NCBI GenBank assembly: GCA_017403825.1
Contig: JAFRDO010000077.1
Location: 64,921-128,920, forward strand
Direction of reading: 5' to 3'
Source of the DNA: Kiritimatiellia bacterium
GTDB lineage: Bacteria; Verrucomicrobiota; Kiritimatiellia; RFP12; UBA1067
DNA length: 64,000 nt
Position 1 is the stretch's first letter. Each line of letters opens with the position of its first letter. A program made the position numbers and the translations under genes. Under the pieces are notes generated by a model that saw nothing but the letters and a program-made list of their open reading frames with translations, did no database searches and was not told the DNA's origin. Positions 19,392 through 27,398 of this stretch are shown piece by piece.

Positions 19392-20348
19392 TTAAGCGAA
19401 CTCAAACGTGATGCGTCGCCCGTCCCAGTCTCTCACGAACGCATCCCACGACGCGGGACGCTCTGCCGCCGTACGCTTTGCCGGAAAATAATGGTCGCGG
19501 GTGCGGCAATGCAACACCGCTCGTTCAGGCTCTGTGCGAATCAGCCCCCAGCCCACGTCATGGTCAAGCCCGAACGATGGGAAACCCATCATGCGTATTT
19601 CCCGAGCTTTATCGGAGTAGCCGTTGAAGAGGTAGTTCGTCATCCAGTGGTGATGATGCCCATGCAGATAGCCCACGACCTTCGGGGACTTTGCACAGAG
19701 CTTTCCGATCTTCAAGGCATCCCCCATGTGGTGCGAACAGACGAACGTCGGCTTCTCCAGCGCTGGCAGCGTCTTTTCCAGCCACTTCACCTGATCGTTG
19801 CCCAGCTCGAATCCAGTGCAAGCCGGATAGCTTCCGCGCGTCGTCGGCTCCTTCAGGGAATCAAGCAAGATGAAATCTGCATTCGGTGTCTCGACGACCG
19901 AGACGAACCGACCCGGCACCTTGGTCGTCTTGTCGTAACCGGGGAAGAACTTCAGGAACTCGGCGCGGATGTCGTGGTTGCCCATCGCGAGCGTCAGCTT
20001 GATGCCAGCGTCCGTAAGCGGTTTCAACGCCTCGGCGGCAACTTCATAGTCGCCCGTCTCGCCGAACGCCAACGATATGTCGCCAAGGCCGATGACGTTT
20101 GCCGGCGGGTTCTTTAACGAGAGAATCTCCTGAACAAGAGACTTCGTCATATCCGGCTGCCACGGATATTCGCGCCCCGTGCGATATTGCTGCTTCGACC
20201 ACGGCAACCCCGTGTGAATGTCGCTGATTACACCAATGGAGTACGGGTCAAGCTTTCCCAGTTCTCCCGCTGTCGCGCACCCTTCCATTGCACCCGCCGC
20301 CGCAACCGCAACGGCTCCGCGCATGAAATCTCTTCTTGACACTGTCAT
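19392..20348 (-). CDS. Tat-signal metallophosphoesterase (calcineurin-like), copy 1.
   Basis: The Tat motif MTVSRRDFMRG is present. The metallophosphoesterase motifs 'GDISL', 'GNHD' and 'GHHHH' are present. The start was refined to 20348. Confidence 0.7.
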   Translation of the reverse strand: MTVSRRDFMRGAVAVAAAGAMEGCATAGELGKLDPYSIGVISDIHTGLPWSKQQYRTGREYPWQPDMTKSLVQEILSLKNPPANVIGLGDISLAFGETGDYEVAAEALKPLTDAGIKLTLAMGNHDIRAEFLKFFPGYDKTTKVPGRFVSVVETPNADFILLDSLKEPTTRGSYPACTGFELGNDQVKWLEKTLPALEKPTFVCSHHMGDALKIGKLCAKSPKVVGYLHGHHHHWMTNYLFNGYSDKAREIRMMGFPSFGLDHDVGWGLIRTEPERAVLHCRTRDHYFPAKRTAAERPASWDAFVRDWDGRRITFEFA

Positions 20349-20374
20349 GCTAATGTCTCCGTAATCTGATCGAT

Positions 20375-21655
20375 TCAATCCTTCAAGCATCCTATAGGGC
20401 ACACGACAACTCCATCCTCTGGCCTTACATACGCACATTCGCCGACAGCAGTCAACACCATCATGAATGACGGCTTAGCCATTTTCGCCGTGTCAATGCG
20501 CGCGGCAAGATTCTTAAGCGTATCCGCCCCGCGCTCAATCAACGGTGTGCCGCCGAGTTTGATTTCGATGAGACCGTACCGTCCGTCACGCAGGGAAACA
20601 ACAGCATCGCACTCCAGTCCATTCGCATCATGGTAATGGCAGACGTCCCCGAAATGCGCATCGGCATAAACGCGGAGATCGCGAACCGCCAGCGTCTCAA
20701 ACATGAAGCCAAATGTCTTGAGGTCTTCCATCAGACCTTTCGGCCCAATCCGCAGTGCAGAGGTCGCAATGGACGGATCGGCAAAATATCGCGTATCGGA
20801 CGTCCTGACAGGAGTCTTGCAGCGAAGATTTGGACACCACGCCGGCATGTCCTCAACAGCGAAGATACTCTTGAGCGCATTCAGGTACGAATAGACGGTG
20901 TCAGCATCGAACCCACCGGTCTCGTTAGCCGCAAGATCTGCGTTTATGACCGACGCCGTTGCCTGTGAACCTTGGAGCCGCGCATACGAACGCATCAGGC
21001 GACGCGCACGGTCTTCGTTGCGGGCTACGCCATCAACCTTGGATATGTCACGCTTGACAACGGCATCCAAATAGTCGAACGCTGGGTCAAAAGCTTCCTC
21101 GCCTTTCATTTCGCATGCGATAGGCCACCCACCTCGGCATATTGCCGCCGCAATCTCCGGAAGCTGCGAAACTGCAGGATGTGCGCCGGTGCAGTCCACG
21201 CCGTCGAAAAGCGCACCGAGCGACACCTCGCCGGACGACTCCCCCGATTCATAAAGTGACATCGTCCGCATTTTCACCCAGGCGAAACGTCCCGTTCCGC
21301 TGTGCTTCATCTCATCTTCGTTAGCAGGGACGGCTGACCCGGTCAGAAGAAACATCCCACGATCATCACCGTGATCGACCCGATAGCGAATCGCATCCCA
21401 CAGGATAGGTGCAATCTGCCATTCGTCAATAAGTCGCGGCGATTCACCATCAAGTACCTCTGACGGACGAATTCGCGCCATCAGCATATTGTGGTCGCGT
21501 TTTTCCGGTTCATCCATGTAAATAACGCTCTTGGCCAACTGCTCGCAGGTGGTTGTTTTTCCACACCACTTTATGCCCTCAAGCAGAATGGCACCGGCAG
21601 ATTTGAACCGCCGTTTCAGCACCACATCCAATATGCGCTTTTTGTAGCTATTCAT
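20375..21655 (-). CDS. AAA+ ATPase of the DUF4143 family (ATP-binding protein). It is probably horizontally acquired.
   Basis: The Walker A motif 'GIKWCGKTTT' is present. It has the typical architecture of about 426 aa. By inspection its GC content (about 53-55%) is visibly lower than the flanks (about 62-65%). Confidence 0.7.
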   Translation of the reverse strand: MNSYKKRILDVVLKRRFKSAGAILLEGIKWCGKTTTCEQLAKSVIYMDEPEKRDHNMLMARIRPSEVLDGESPRLIDEWQIAPILWDAIRYRVDHGDDRGMFLLTGSAVPANEDEMKHSGTGRFAWVKMRTMSLYESGESSGEVSLGALFDGVDCTGAHPAVSQLPEIAAAICRGGWPIACEMKGEEAFDPAFDYLDAVVKRDISKVDGVARNEDRARRLMRSYARLQGSQATASVINADLAANETGGFDADTVYSYLNALKSIFAVEDMPAWCPNLRCKTPVRTSDTRYFADPSIATSALRIGPKGLMEDLKTFGFMFETLAVRDLRVYADAHFGDVCHYHDANGLECDAVVSLRDGRYGLIEIKLGGTPLIERGADTLKNLAARIDTAKMAKPSFMMVLTAVGECAYVRPEDGVVVCPIGCLKD

Positions 21656-21694
21656 GGTACGTATTATATCATATCGCTTCTATCAGCGCAATCA

Positions 21695-21777
21695 TTCGGT
21701 CAATTGAGGCGTTTTCGTTCGGTCAGTTGAGACCATTCCGTTCGGTTAGTTGAGACTTTTTTGTTCGGTTAATTGCT
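21695..21777. repeat. Four tandem direct repeats with a 23-24 bp period (TTCGGTYARTTGAG...). They could be iteron or operator-like sites.
   Basis: The units sit at 21695, 21718, 21741 and 21765. The first unit contains the palindrome TCAATTGA. The array lies upstream of the AAA-ATPase start, beside a TGaTATAAT element 7 nt before its ATG. Confidence 0.6.
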
Positions 21778-21794
21778 ATATCTCCGCGCCCCAA

Positions 21795-24700
21795 TTACTG
21801 AATGACGATCACCATGCCGAGCGGCTCCGGCAGCCACGTAAGGCGCACTGTCGCGGGGTCTGTCCCCTCCGTGTAGGTGTAGGTGCTGCCGTTATGGACA
21901 CGCCTGTTCGCCCATGCGCCGTTGACCAGCTCTTCTGTGGAATAGCGCACCACATCAACCACGGCCCCATTCCTGTCCACCGTCTTCGTAGCGGAAAATG
22001 TCCATTCGCCATCGACCTTGTACGCACCCGACTCGGACTGCACCGAACCTTCGCCACCAGCGACGACAAACACGTTCGTCGTCGCCAGCTCGCCGAAGTA
22101 CCGTGCCGAATCGACGTTGCGGTTGCGCACCATCTCGTCCGTCGTCAGGACGCGGTCATAGTAGCGGAACGTCTTCAGCGTGCCGGTGAAGTCCTGTGTG
22201 CTCGCCCCGCCGCCAATCCGGAGAGCGACAACATTCGTTGCCGTCGCCAACCTCGTAGCATCGGAATAATACCCTTGGGCCTGCGTACCGCTTGTCGGTG
22301 CTTCCGTACCTTCAAAGAACGTCGCCGTTTTACCATCTACGATTGCCGTGCCATACGAATAGACCTTGGAGTCGTGTACGAATCTCGGCCTCACGTTCGC
22401 CATGGCGTATGCTGCATCAGCAACATAGTAGAATGCGTAGTTGTAGTCCGTGCTCGTCCGAATGGCCATGGACGCCGCCTGCCAAGGGGAATTAAACATC
22501 AGATAGCCGCAGGTGGCGTTCACCTGATCCTCCACCTTTGCATCCACAAGGACCTGAAGTGAATAGCGCGGATTGAACGTGAATATCCCGGAGTACTGGA
22601 AGTATCCCCCAATGGTGTTGGACGTGTTCGTGAACGCATAGCCGCAGTCCGTCCAGCAACCCTCTCTTGTCGTCTTGTCTTGACGTGAGAGAGTATAGGC
22701 ACCGGGGTCGGCGAGGTTTGCCCATACCTTGGACCAGGCGCTCGTCGGGTTCGTTACGTCGTCCGATTCCACGCCAATGTTCTTGATGCCGTCATAGTGC
22801 AAGACAAGTCCGTTCGGAACGACATCCTCAAGTCCGAAGCCGGCGGCGGTGCGCAGGGCCTTCGTGCAGTTCCACCGCCACGTCAGACGCACCTTTGCGG
22901 GCGACGTGCCGACGGTGTACGTGTAGGATGCCGCACCGTCTGTAACGACCGGCGCGCTCCAGCCATGCGTGGCGGCATTCCACGTTTCAAGGGTATAGCC
23001 CGCGAACGTATATTCAAAGCCGCGTGAATCCGTCTGCACGGCCGCCGGCGCACTGAACGTGTAGGAACCTGAGATTTCATAGTTGCCGTTCGCCTCTGTT
23101 CCAGCGAAGAACGAATGCGAAGTGGCGACAACGACGTTCGTGACGGGCATGATGCCGTGGAAGCGGTAGTCGTCAACCACGCGGTTCTGCGCCAGTTCCT
23201 CGTTCGTGAGGACGCGATTGTAGAAGCGGAAGTTGTGGATCGTGCCGCGGAACTTCCGCAATGTATTGTCGGCAAGGCCACCTATGTAGAAGCCATTGCC
23301 GCTGGCCGTCTGGACTTGCGGCGTGGAGGTGAGCGCCATGCGCACGGCACCTGTCATATAGCGGTTTGCCGATGTCGTCGTGGGAATCGATGTGCCGATG
23401 AAGGCGGCTGTGTAGTCGTCGCCAAGGACAGTGGTCACGTAGCGCAACGGTGTCCCGTTAGGCTGGCATACGTCGGGCCGGGTGGAGGCATTGCCCGTTG
23501 CTTCGCTGTAGCCGTGGGTTGTCCAGTCGAACCATTCGTTTCCAGTGTCCCTGTTATCGCGCCGCAGGGAGATTGATCCACCCTTGTCGAATGTTCCGGT
23601 GTTATACCAGAGGTAGGGCTCGTTGACGCGGTTGTTGCTGGAATTGAGGTAATCTTCCTGGTCGAGGCCGTTGGCTTCAACGGCGATTTGGACCGTCTGA
23701 TTGGAAGGCAGCGTGAAAGCCGTGCCCGGCGTGAACCAGGACTGCTGCTCGAAACGGTAGCCGTCCGTGCGCCATTCGCCGGGCTTCGTGACGCCGCTCT
23801 TGGCATGGAAGGTCATGTCCCATCCGCCTGCCGGGGCGAGGTTCTTCCATGCGGTCGTGTCGCTGCTGTGCGGCTGGTCGGCACCGACGTTGCGGATACC
23901 GTCGTATTGGAGGAGAAGTCCGTCCTGCACATAGTCGGCGGTCGTGTAGCGCGTCACGATGCCATCGCCCCCCGTCCACTGCCATGTGATGCGAATGCGG
24001 TCGGAGGCGGTGACGGCGACGGATGTGCCACTCTTCGTCTGAGCCGTGCCCCATGTGCCAGTGGTATCGTCCCATGTCTCCAATGTATAGCCCGTGCAGG
24101 TGTAGGAGCGTCCATCAACCGTCTTCGAGGCAGGAGCGGAAAAGGCATAGCCGCTGGCATCGACAGCATACGCACCTGCCTTCTCGTTGCCCGAAACGCT
24201 TGCCGTCGACGAAGCAATCACCGCGTTTGTCGTAGGAATCGAGGAAACGAGTTTTCCAAAGAAGCGCACATCATCCACCGCGCGGTTCCAGACTCGCTCT
24301 TCTTCAGAAAGGGCACGATTATAATGGCGGTAGGACTTGATTGTGCCGAAAAGCGGCTGTCCGGCACTCGTTGCGGTGGAACCAGGATTGCCGCCTATAC
24401 CCCAAGCCGATGTTGTCATCGACTCAAGCGTCTTGCCGGAAGCGAGGTCTTTCTTGCCACCAAGCGCAGTCCCGGCAAAAAACCATGCGTTCGTAACATC
24501 GATAAGTGCAGTAACATAGCTGAATGACGTGCCGGAAATGTCCGCAGCAGATGCAAAATAATTATAGTGGTTGAGGCGAATGCGATTCCCAGCGGAGTTG
24601 GATGCGCCTCGGACACCAATGGAGTATGTTTTCCAATAAGTACTATCACTGTCCCATGGGAAGTATACGTAGCCGATGCCCGAACCGTGGTCGGCTGTCT

Positions 24701-25076
24701 TCGCGTCAATAAGCGCCTGAACGGTGTAGGAAGTTCCGAACGTGAACGCAGTGGTGCTGGCATAGGTCGTCTTGCCTTTGAAGTCAAAGCCGTCCTTGCC
24801 CCATTCACCCAAATTCAACTTGGACTGTCGCAGATCGTAAGTCGCACCACCAGATCCGAGGTTCTTCCATGTTGTCGTTGTCGTGGAATGGTCGGCATTC
24901 AGGCCCATGTTTCGGATGCCGTCGTAGTGGAGCACAAGCCCATCCTGCACATACGAATCGGCGTCGTAGTTGCCCGCAGTCCAGTATTTGAGACCTGCAT
25001 CAGCGGCGGCTGGAATCAGCGTCGCCATCAACGCCGAAAGCAGTGCACTTCTCTTGAACATTTCCTGGATTTTCAT
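21795..25076 (-). CDS. Family-B giant secreted protein. It has three LamG-like (ConA-like lectin) plus Ig-like modules and the C-terminal tail LPEPLGMVIVIQ.
   Basis: The signal peptide ends ...AAADA|G. Three roughly 350-aa modules each begin 'YVQDGL.LHYDGI.N.G'. Each contains the LamG-type motif 'G(T)(I/L)K(S/T/N)(Y/F)R.Y(N/D)R.L(S/T)..E'. Each ends 'VR(I/L)TW(Q/K)(W/Y)'. An AAAGGAAAA Shine-Dalgarno is present. Confidence 0.7.
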   Translation of the reverse strand: MKIQEMFKRSALLSALMATLIPAAADAGLKYWTAGNYDADSYVQDGLVLHYDGIRNMGLNADHSTTTTTWKNLGSGGATYDLRQSKLNLGEWGKDGFDFKGKTTYASTTAFTFGTSYTVQALIDAKTADHGSGIGYVYFPWDSDSTYWKTYSIGVRGASNSAGNRIRLNHYNYFASAADISGTSFSYVTALIDVTNAWFFAGTALGGKKDLASGKTLESMTTSAWGIGGNPGSTATSAGQPLFGTIKSYRHYNRALSEEERVWNRAVDDVRFFGKLVSSIPTTNAVIASSTASVSGNEKAGAYAVDASGYAFSAPASKTVDGRSYTCTGYTLETWDDTTGTWGTAQTKSGTSVAVTASDRIRITWQWTGGDGIVTRYTTADYVQDGLLLQYDGIRNVGADQPHSSDTTAWKNLAPAGGWDMTFHAKSGVTKPGEWRTDGYRFEQQSWFTPGTAFTLPSNQTVQIAVEANGLDQEDYLNSSNNRVNEPYLWYNTGTFDKGGSISLRRDNRDTGNEWFDWTTHGYSEATGNASTRPDVCQPNGTPLRYVTTVLGDDYTAAFIGTSIPTTTSANRYMTGAVRMALTSTPQVQTASGNGFYIGGLADNTLRKFRGTIHNFRFYNRVLTNEELAQNRVVDDYRFHGIMPVTNVVVATSHSFFAGTEANGNYEISGSYTFSAPAAVQTDSRGFEYTFAGYTLETWNAATHGWSAPVVTDGAASYTYTVGTSPAKVRLTWRWNCTKALRTAAGFGLEDVVPNGLVLHYDGIKNIGVESDDVTNPTSAWSKVWANLADPGAYTLSRQDKTTREGCWTDCGYAFTNTSNTIGGYFQYSGIFTFNPRYSLQVLVDAKVEDQVNATCGYLMFNSPWQAASMAIRTSTDYNYAFYYVADAAYAMANVRPRFVHDSKVYSYGTAIVDGKTATFFEGTEAPTSGTQAQGYYSDATRLATATNVVALRIGGGASTQDFTGTLKTFRYYDRVLTTDEMVRNRNVDSARYFGELATTNVFVVAGGEGSVQSESGAYKVDGEWTFSATKTVDRNGAVVDVVRYSTEELVNGAWANRRVHNGSTYTYTEGTDPATVRLTWLPEPLGMVIVIQ

Positions 25077-25106
25077 TGTCGTTTTCCTTTCTGTCGGTTC
25101 GTGAAA

Positions 25107-26063
25107 TCAAATCCGCAGCGTCACCTTCTGGCCGTTCTGCTCGCGCACGATGTCGTCGCGCCCGGGTTGTCCGTCGCCCGGACCGCCCGTGAAGAAGAAG
25201 TCGTTCTGGTGGTTCGTGATCTCCACGCGGTCCGGGAACGTCCTCATCGTCGCAAAGCCGATGTCGCCCCAATGTCCCGTGGAGGGCAGCCCCACATACG
25301 GCTTCACATGCTGCGGGTTCCACCCATTGTGCATGGCGTCGCGCACCCACTTGTGCCAGTGTCCGTGGATGTGCCCCTTGCATGCGGCGGACTCCAGCAG
25401 CAGCCCCGCGATCTTCACCTTTTCCTCGTTCGGCTTGTGGTGCGCACAGGTCAAGACAGGCTTCGTCGCCGCCTTCAGCGTCTCGCGCAGCCACTCGCGC
25501 TGGGCATTGTCCATTTCGCCAGGCTTGGACGGCTTCTTCTTCTCCACCTCAAGCGCGTTTAGCGTATCGAGCATCAGCAGATCGACGTACGGCAACTCCA
25601 CCTTCGAGACGATGCGCCCCGGAACTGGCGACGTCTTGGCGTACTCCGGCCACTGCACCAGAAAGTTTCCGCGGCGGTCGTGGTTGCCCATGCCGAGCGT
25701 CAGCCTGATGCCTGCGTCAGTTATCGGCTTAAAAAGCGTCGCCGCAAGCGCATAGTCTTCTCTCTGCCCCCAATGATAGGCGATGTCGCCGAAGCAGACG
25801 ACGTTCGCAGGAAGCGGATCGAGCGCAAGAATCGCCTCGACCGTCTTGCGGAAGCAGACCTCCTCGTAGCAGTGCGTCGGCACTTCGCTCTTAAGCCCGT
25901 TGACGTGCAGATCAGAAACGAGCGCGACAAGGCTTGGATCCCGCCGGGACGGCGTCATAGCCGACAGTCCGTCCCCGTCCTTCGCGAAAGACGGCAACGC
26001 CGCCGAAGCGATAAGCCCCGAAGCCGCCCCAATAAACTCTCTGCGTGTGATATTCGATTCCAT
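25107..26063 (-). CDS. Tat-signal metallophosphoesterase, copy 2. It is cotranscribed with the family-B giant protein across a 30-bp gap.
   Basis: The Tat motif MESNITRREFIGAASG is present. The metallophosphoesterase motifs 'GDIAY', 'GNHD' and 'GHWH' are present. The start was refined to 26063. Confidence 0.7.
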   Translation of the reverse strand: MESNITRREFIGAASGLIASAALPSFAKDGDGLSAMTPSRRDPSLVALVSDLHVNGLKSEVPTHCYEEVCFRKTVEAILALDPLPANVVCFGDIAYHWGQREDYALAATLFKPITDAGIRLTLGMGNHDRRGNFLVQWPEYAKTSPVPGRIVSKVELPYVDLLMLDTLNALEVEKKKPSKPGEMDNAQREWLRETLKAATKPVLTCAHHKPNEEKVKIAGLLLESAACKGHIHGHWHKWVRDAMHNGWNPQHVKPYVGLPSTGHWGDIGFATMRTFPDRVEITNHQNDFFFTGGPGDGQPGRDDIVREQNGQKVTLRI

Positions 26064-26092
26064 CTTGCGCCTCAGTGTCTTTTCTTGACTAT

Positions 26093-26200
26093 AGCCGCCG
26101 CCAAGCGACAATTCACCATTCAGAAAGAAATATACCAAATGCCGCCGCCACCCGCAACCAGAAAAACTTGTAAAATTGGAAATAAAAATTACAGAATCGG
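26093..26200 (-). promoter_or_regulatory. Conserved promoter-plus-leader module: -35 TTGCGG, a 17-nt spacer, extended -10 TGGTATATT, and a leader hairpin. A near-identical module sits at 36113..36218.
   Basis: Alignment of the two loci by eye shows conservation of 'GGTTGCGG n6 CGGCGGCATTTGGTAT(A/C)ATTTC' and of the leader 'TGGT(G/A)A(A/G)TTGTC(G/A)CTTGG(C/T)G(G/A)CGG'. Confidence 0.5.
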
Positions 26201-26212
26201 ATCAGTGCGATT

Positions 26213-26230
26213 TATGGTATAATCCTCCGC
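26213..26230 (+). promoter_or_regulatory. Extended -10 TGGTATAAT lying 9 nt upstream of the AraC/XylR-type regulator ATG. This implies a leaderless or near-leaderless transcript.
   Basis: 'atttatggtataatcctccgcATG' has no Shine-Dalgarno. The sequence CCTCC before the ATG is an anti-SD. Confidence 0.4.
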
Positions 26231-27394
26231 ATGAAACGCCGCCATGTACTCATTCTCGTCACGCCCGCATACCAGCCAAGGCTTGCCGGCATTGCGCGCT
26301 ACGCACGTCAGCATGGCTGGCAACTGACAATTCTCGACCGAATCGCACGCTATCCGCGCGGCTGGAACGGCGACGGCGTACTCGCGACGCTCCGCGAACT
26401 TCCCGAAATCGTCGCATTCGTCAAATCGCTTCGCAGACGCCACATTCCCGTCGTCGATCTCACATTCAACCATCCGGAACTTCATCTCCCGCGCGTGAGC
26501 GGCGACCACTTCCTGATGGGAAAGCTCGCAAGGCGGCATTTCGAGGAGCGCAACTTCCGTCATTTTGCATGGTTCTCGACCAACTGGCTCAACATCCACC
26601 GCCTCCGCTACAACGGCTTCTCGCAATCCACCACCCCCAACGCCAAACTCTCGACTCTAAGCCCCCAACCTTTTAAATGGATCTTCTCGGAAGAGGTTCC
26701 ACCGGAACGCATCGACGATTTCGCATGGTTTGACCGCTGGCTTGTAAAGAAGCTCGCTTCAGCCCCCAAGCCGCTCGCCCTTCTCGCCTACGACGACGCA
26801 GACGCCGCCCGTGCGCTTGGCGCCTGCCTTGCCGCCGGCCTCTCCGTGCCCGAAGATGTCGCCATACTCGGCATCGGCGGCGATCGCCTCATCTGCGAGA
26901 ACCAACCCGTTCCGATCTCCTCCGTCGAACACGACCAGGGACGTACTGGCTACGAAGGCGCCGAGCTTCTCGACCGTCTCATGGATGGAATGAAGCCGCC
27001 GACAAAGCCAATTTTGATTCCGCCGCGCGGCATCACTGTGCGCGCATCCTCAGACGTCATCGTCGCAGCAAGCCCCATCGTCCGCAAGGCGCTTGAATAC
27101 ATCCATTCCAATCTCGAAAAGCAATTCGGTCTGGCGCAGATCGCAGCCGACACGGACGTTTCGCGCGCAACCCTCACGCGACTGTTCAAACAGGAGACGG
27201 GGCGATCCATTGGTGCCGAGATCTTGCGCCAACGACTCGAACTGGCCAAACGGCTGCTCTCGAACAACAATCTGTCAATCGCGGATATTGCGTACCGCAC
27301 AGGCTTCTGCAACCCAGCCTACTTCACCAACACTTTTCGCAATTCCACCGGCCTCACCCCAAAGGCGTGGCGAGGCGGCCACAAAAGCTTATAG
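26231..27394 (+). CDS. AraC/XylR-family transcriptional regulator. An N-terminal periplasmic-binding-protein-like sugar-sensing domain is joined to a C-terminal AraC HTH.
   Basis: The C-terminus 'LAQIAADTDVSRATLTRLFKQETG...IADIAYRTGFCNPAYFTNTFRNSTGLTPKAWR' is a canonical AraC HTH. The N-terminal approximately 270 aa resemble an XylR-type ligand domain. Confidence 0.85.
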   Translation: MKRRHVLILVTPAYQPRLAGIARYARQHGWQLTILDRIARYPRGWNGDGVLATLRELPEIVAFVKSLRRRHIPVVDLTFNHPELHLPRVSGDHFLMGKLARRHFEERNFRHFAWFSTNWLNIHRLRYNGFSQSTTPNAKLSTLSPQPFKWIFSEEVPPERIDDFAWFDRWLVKKLASAPKPLALLAYDDADAARALGACLAAGLSVPEDVAILGIGGDRLICENQPVPISSVEHDQGRTGYEGAELLDRLMDGMKPPTKPILIPPRGITVRASSDVIVAASPIVRKALEYIHSNLEKQFGLAQIAADTDVSRATLTRLFKQETGRSIGAEILRQRLELAKRLLSNNNLSIADIAYRTGFCNPAYFTNTFRNSTGLTPKAWRGGHKSL

Positions 27395-27398
27395 ACGT

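Noticed and set aside
21695-21777. CRISPR array.
   Set aside because: There are only four short degenerate units of about 14-17 bp with 6-9 bp of variable filler. There are no uniform-length unique spacers, and no cas genes.
21795-21833. Reading 'LPEPLGMVIVIQ' as a PEP-CTERM/exosortase sorting signal.
   Set aside because: PEP-CTERM requires about 20 hydrophobic residues forming a transmembrane helix, followed by an Arg/Lys cluster. Here only about 8 residues follow PEP and there is no basic tail. The family-A protein also lacks PEP (APLGM...).
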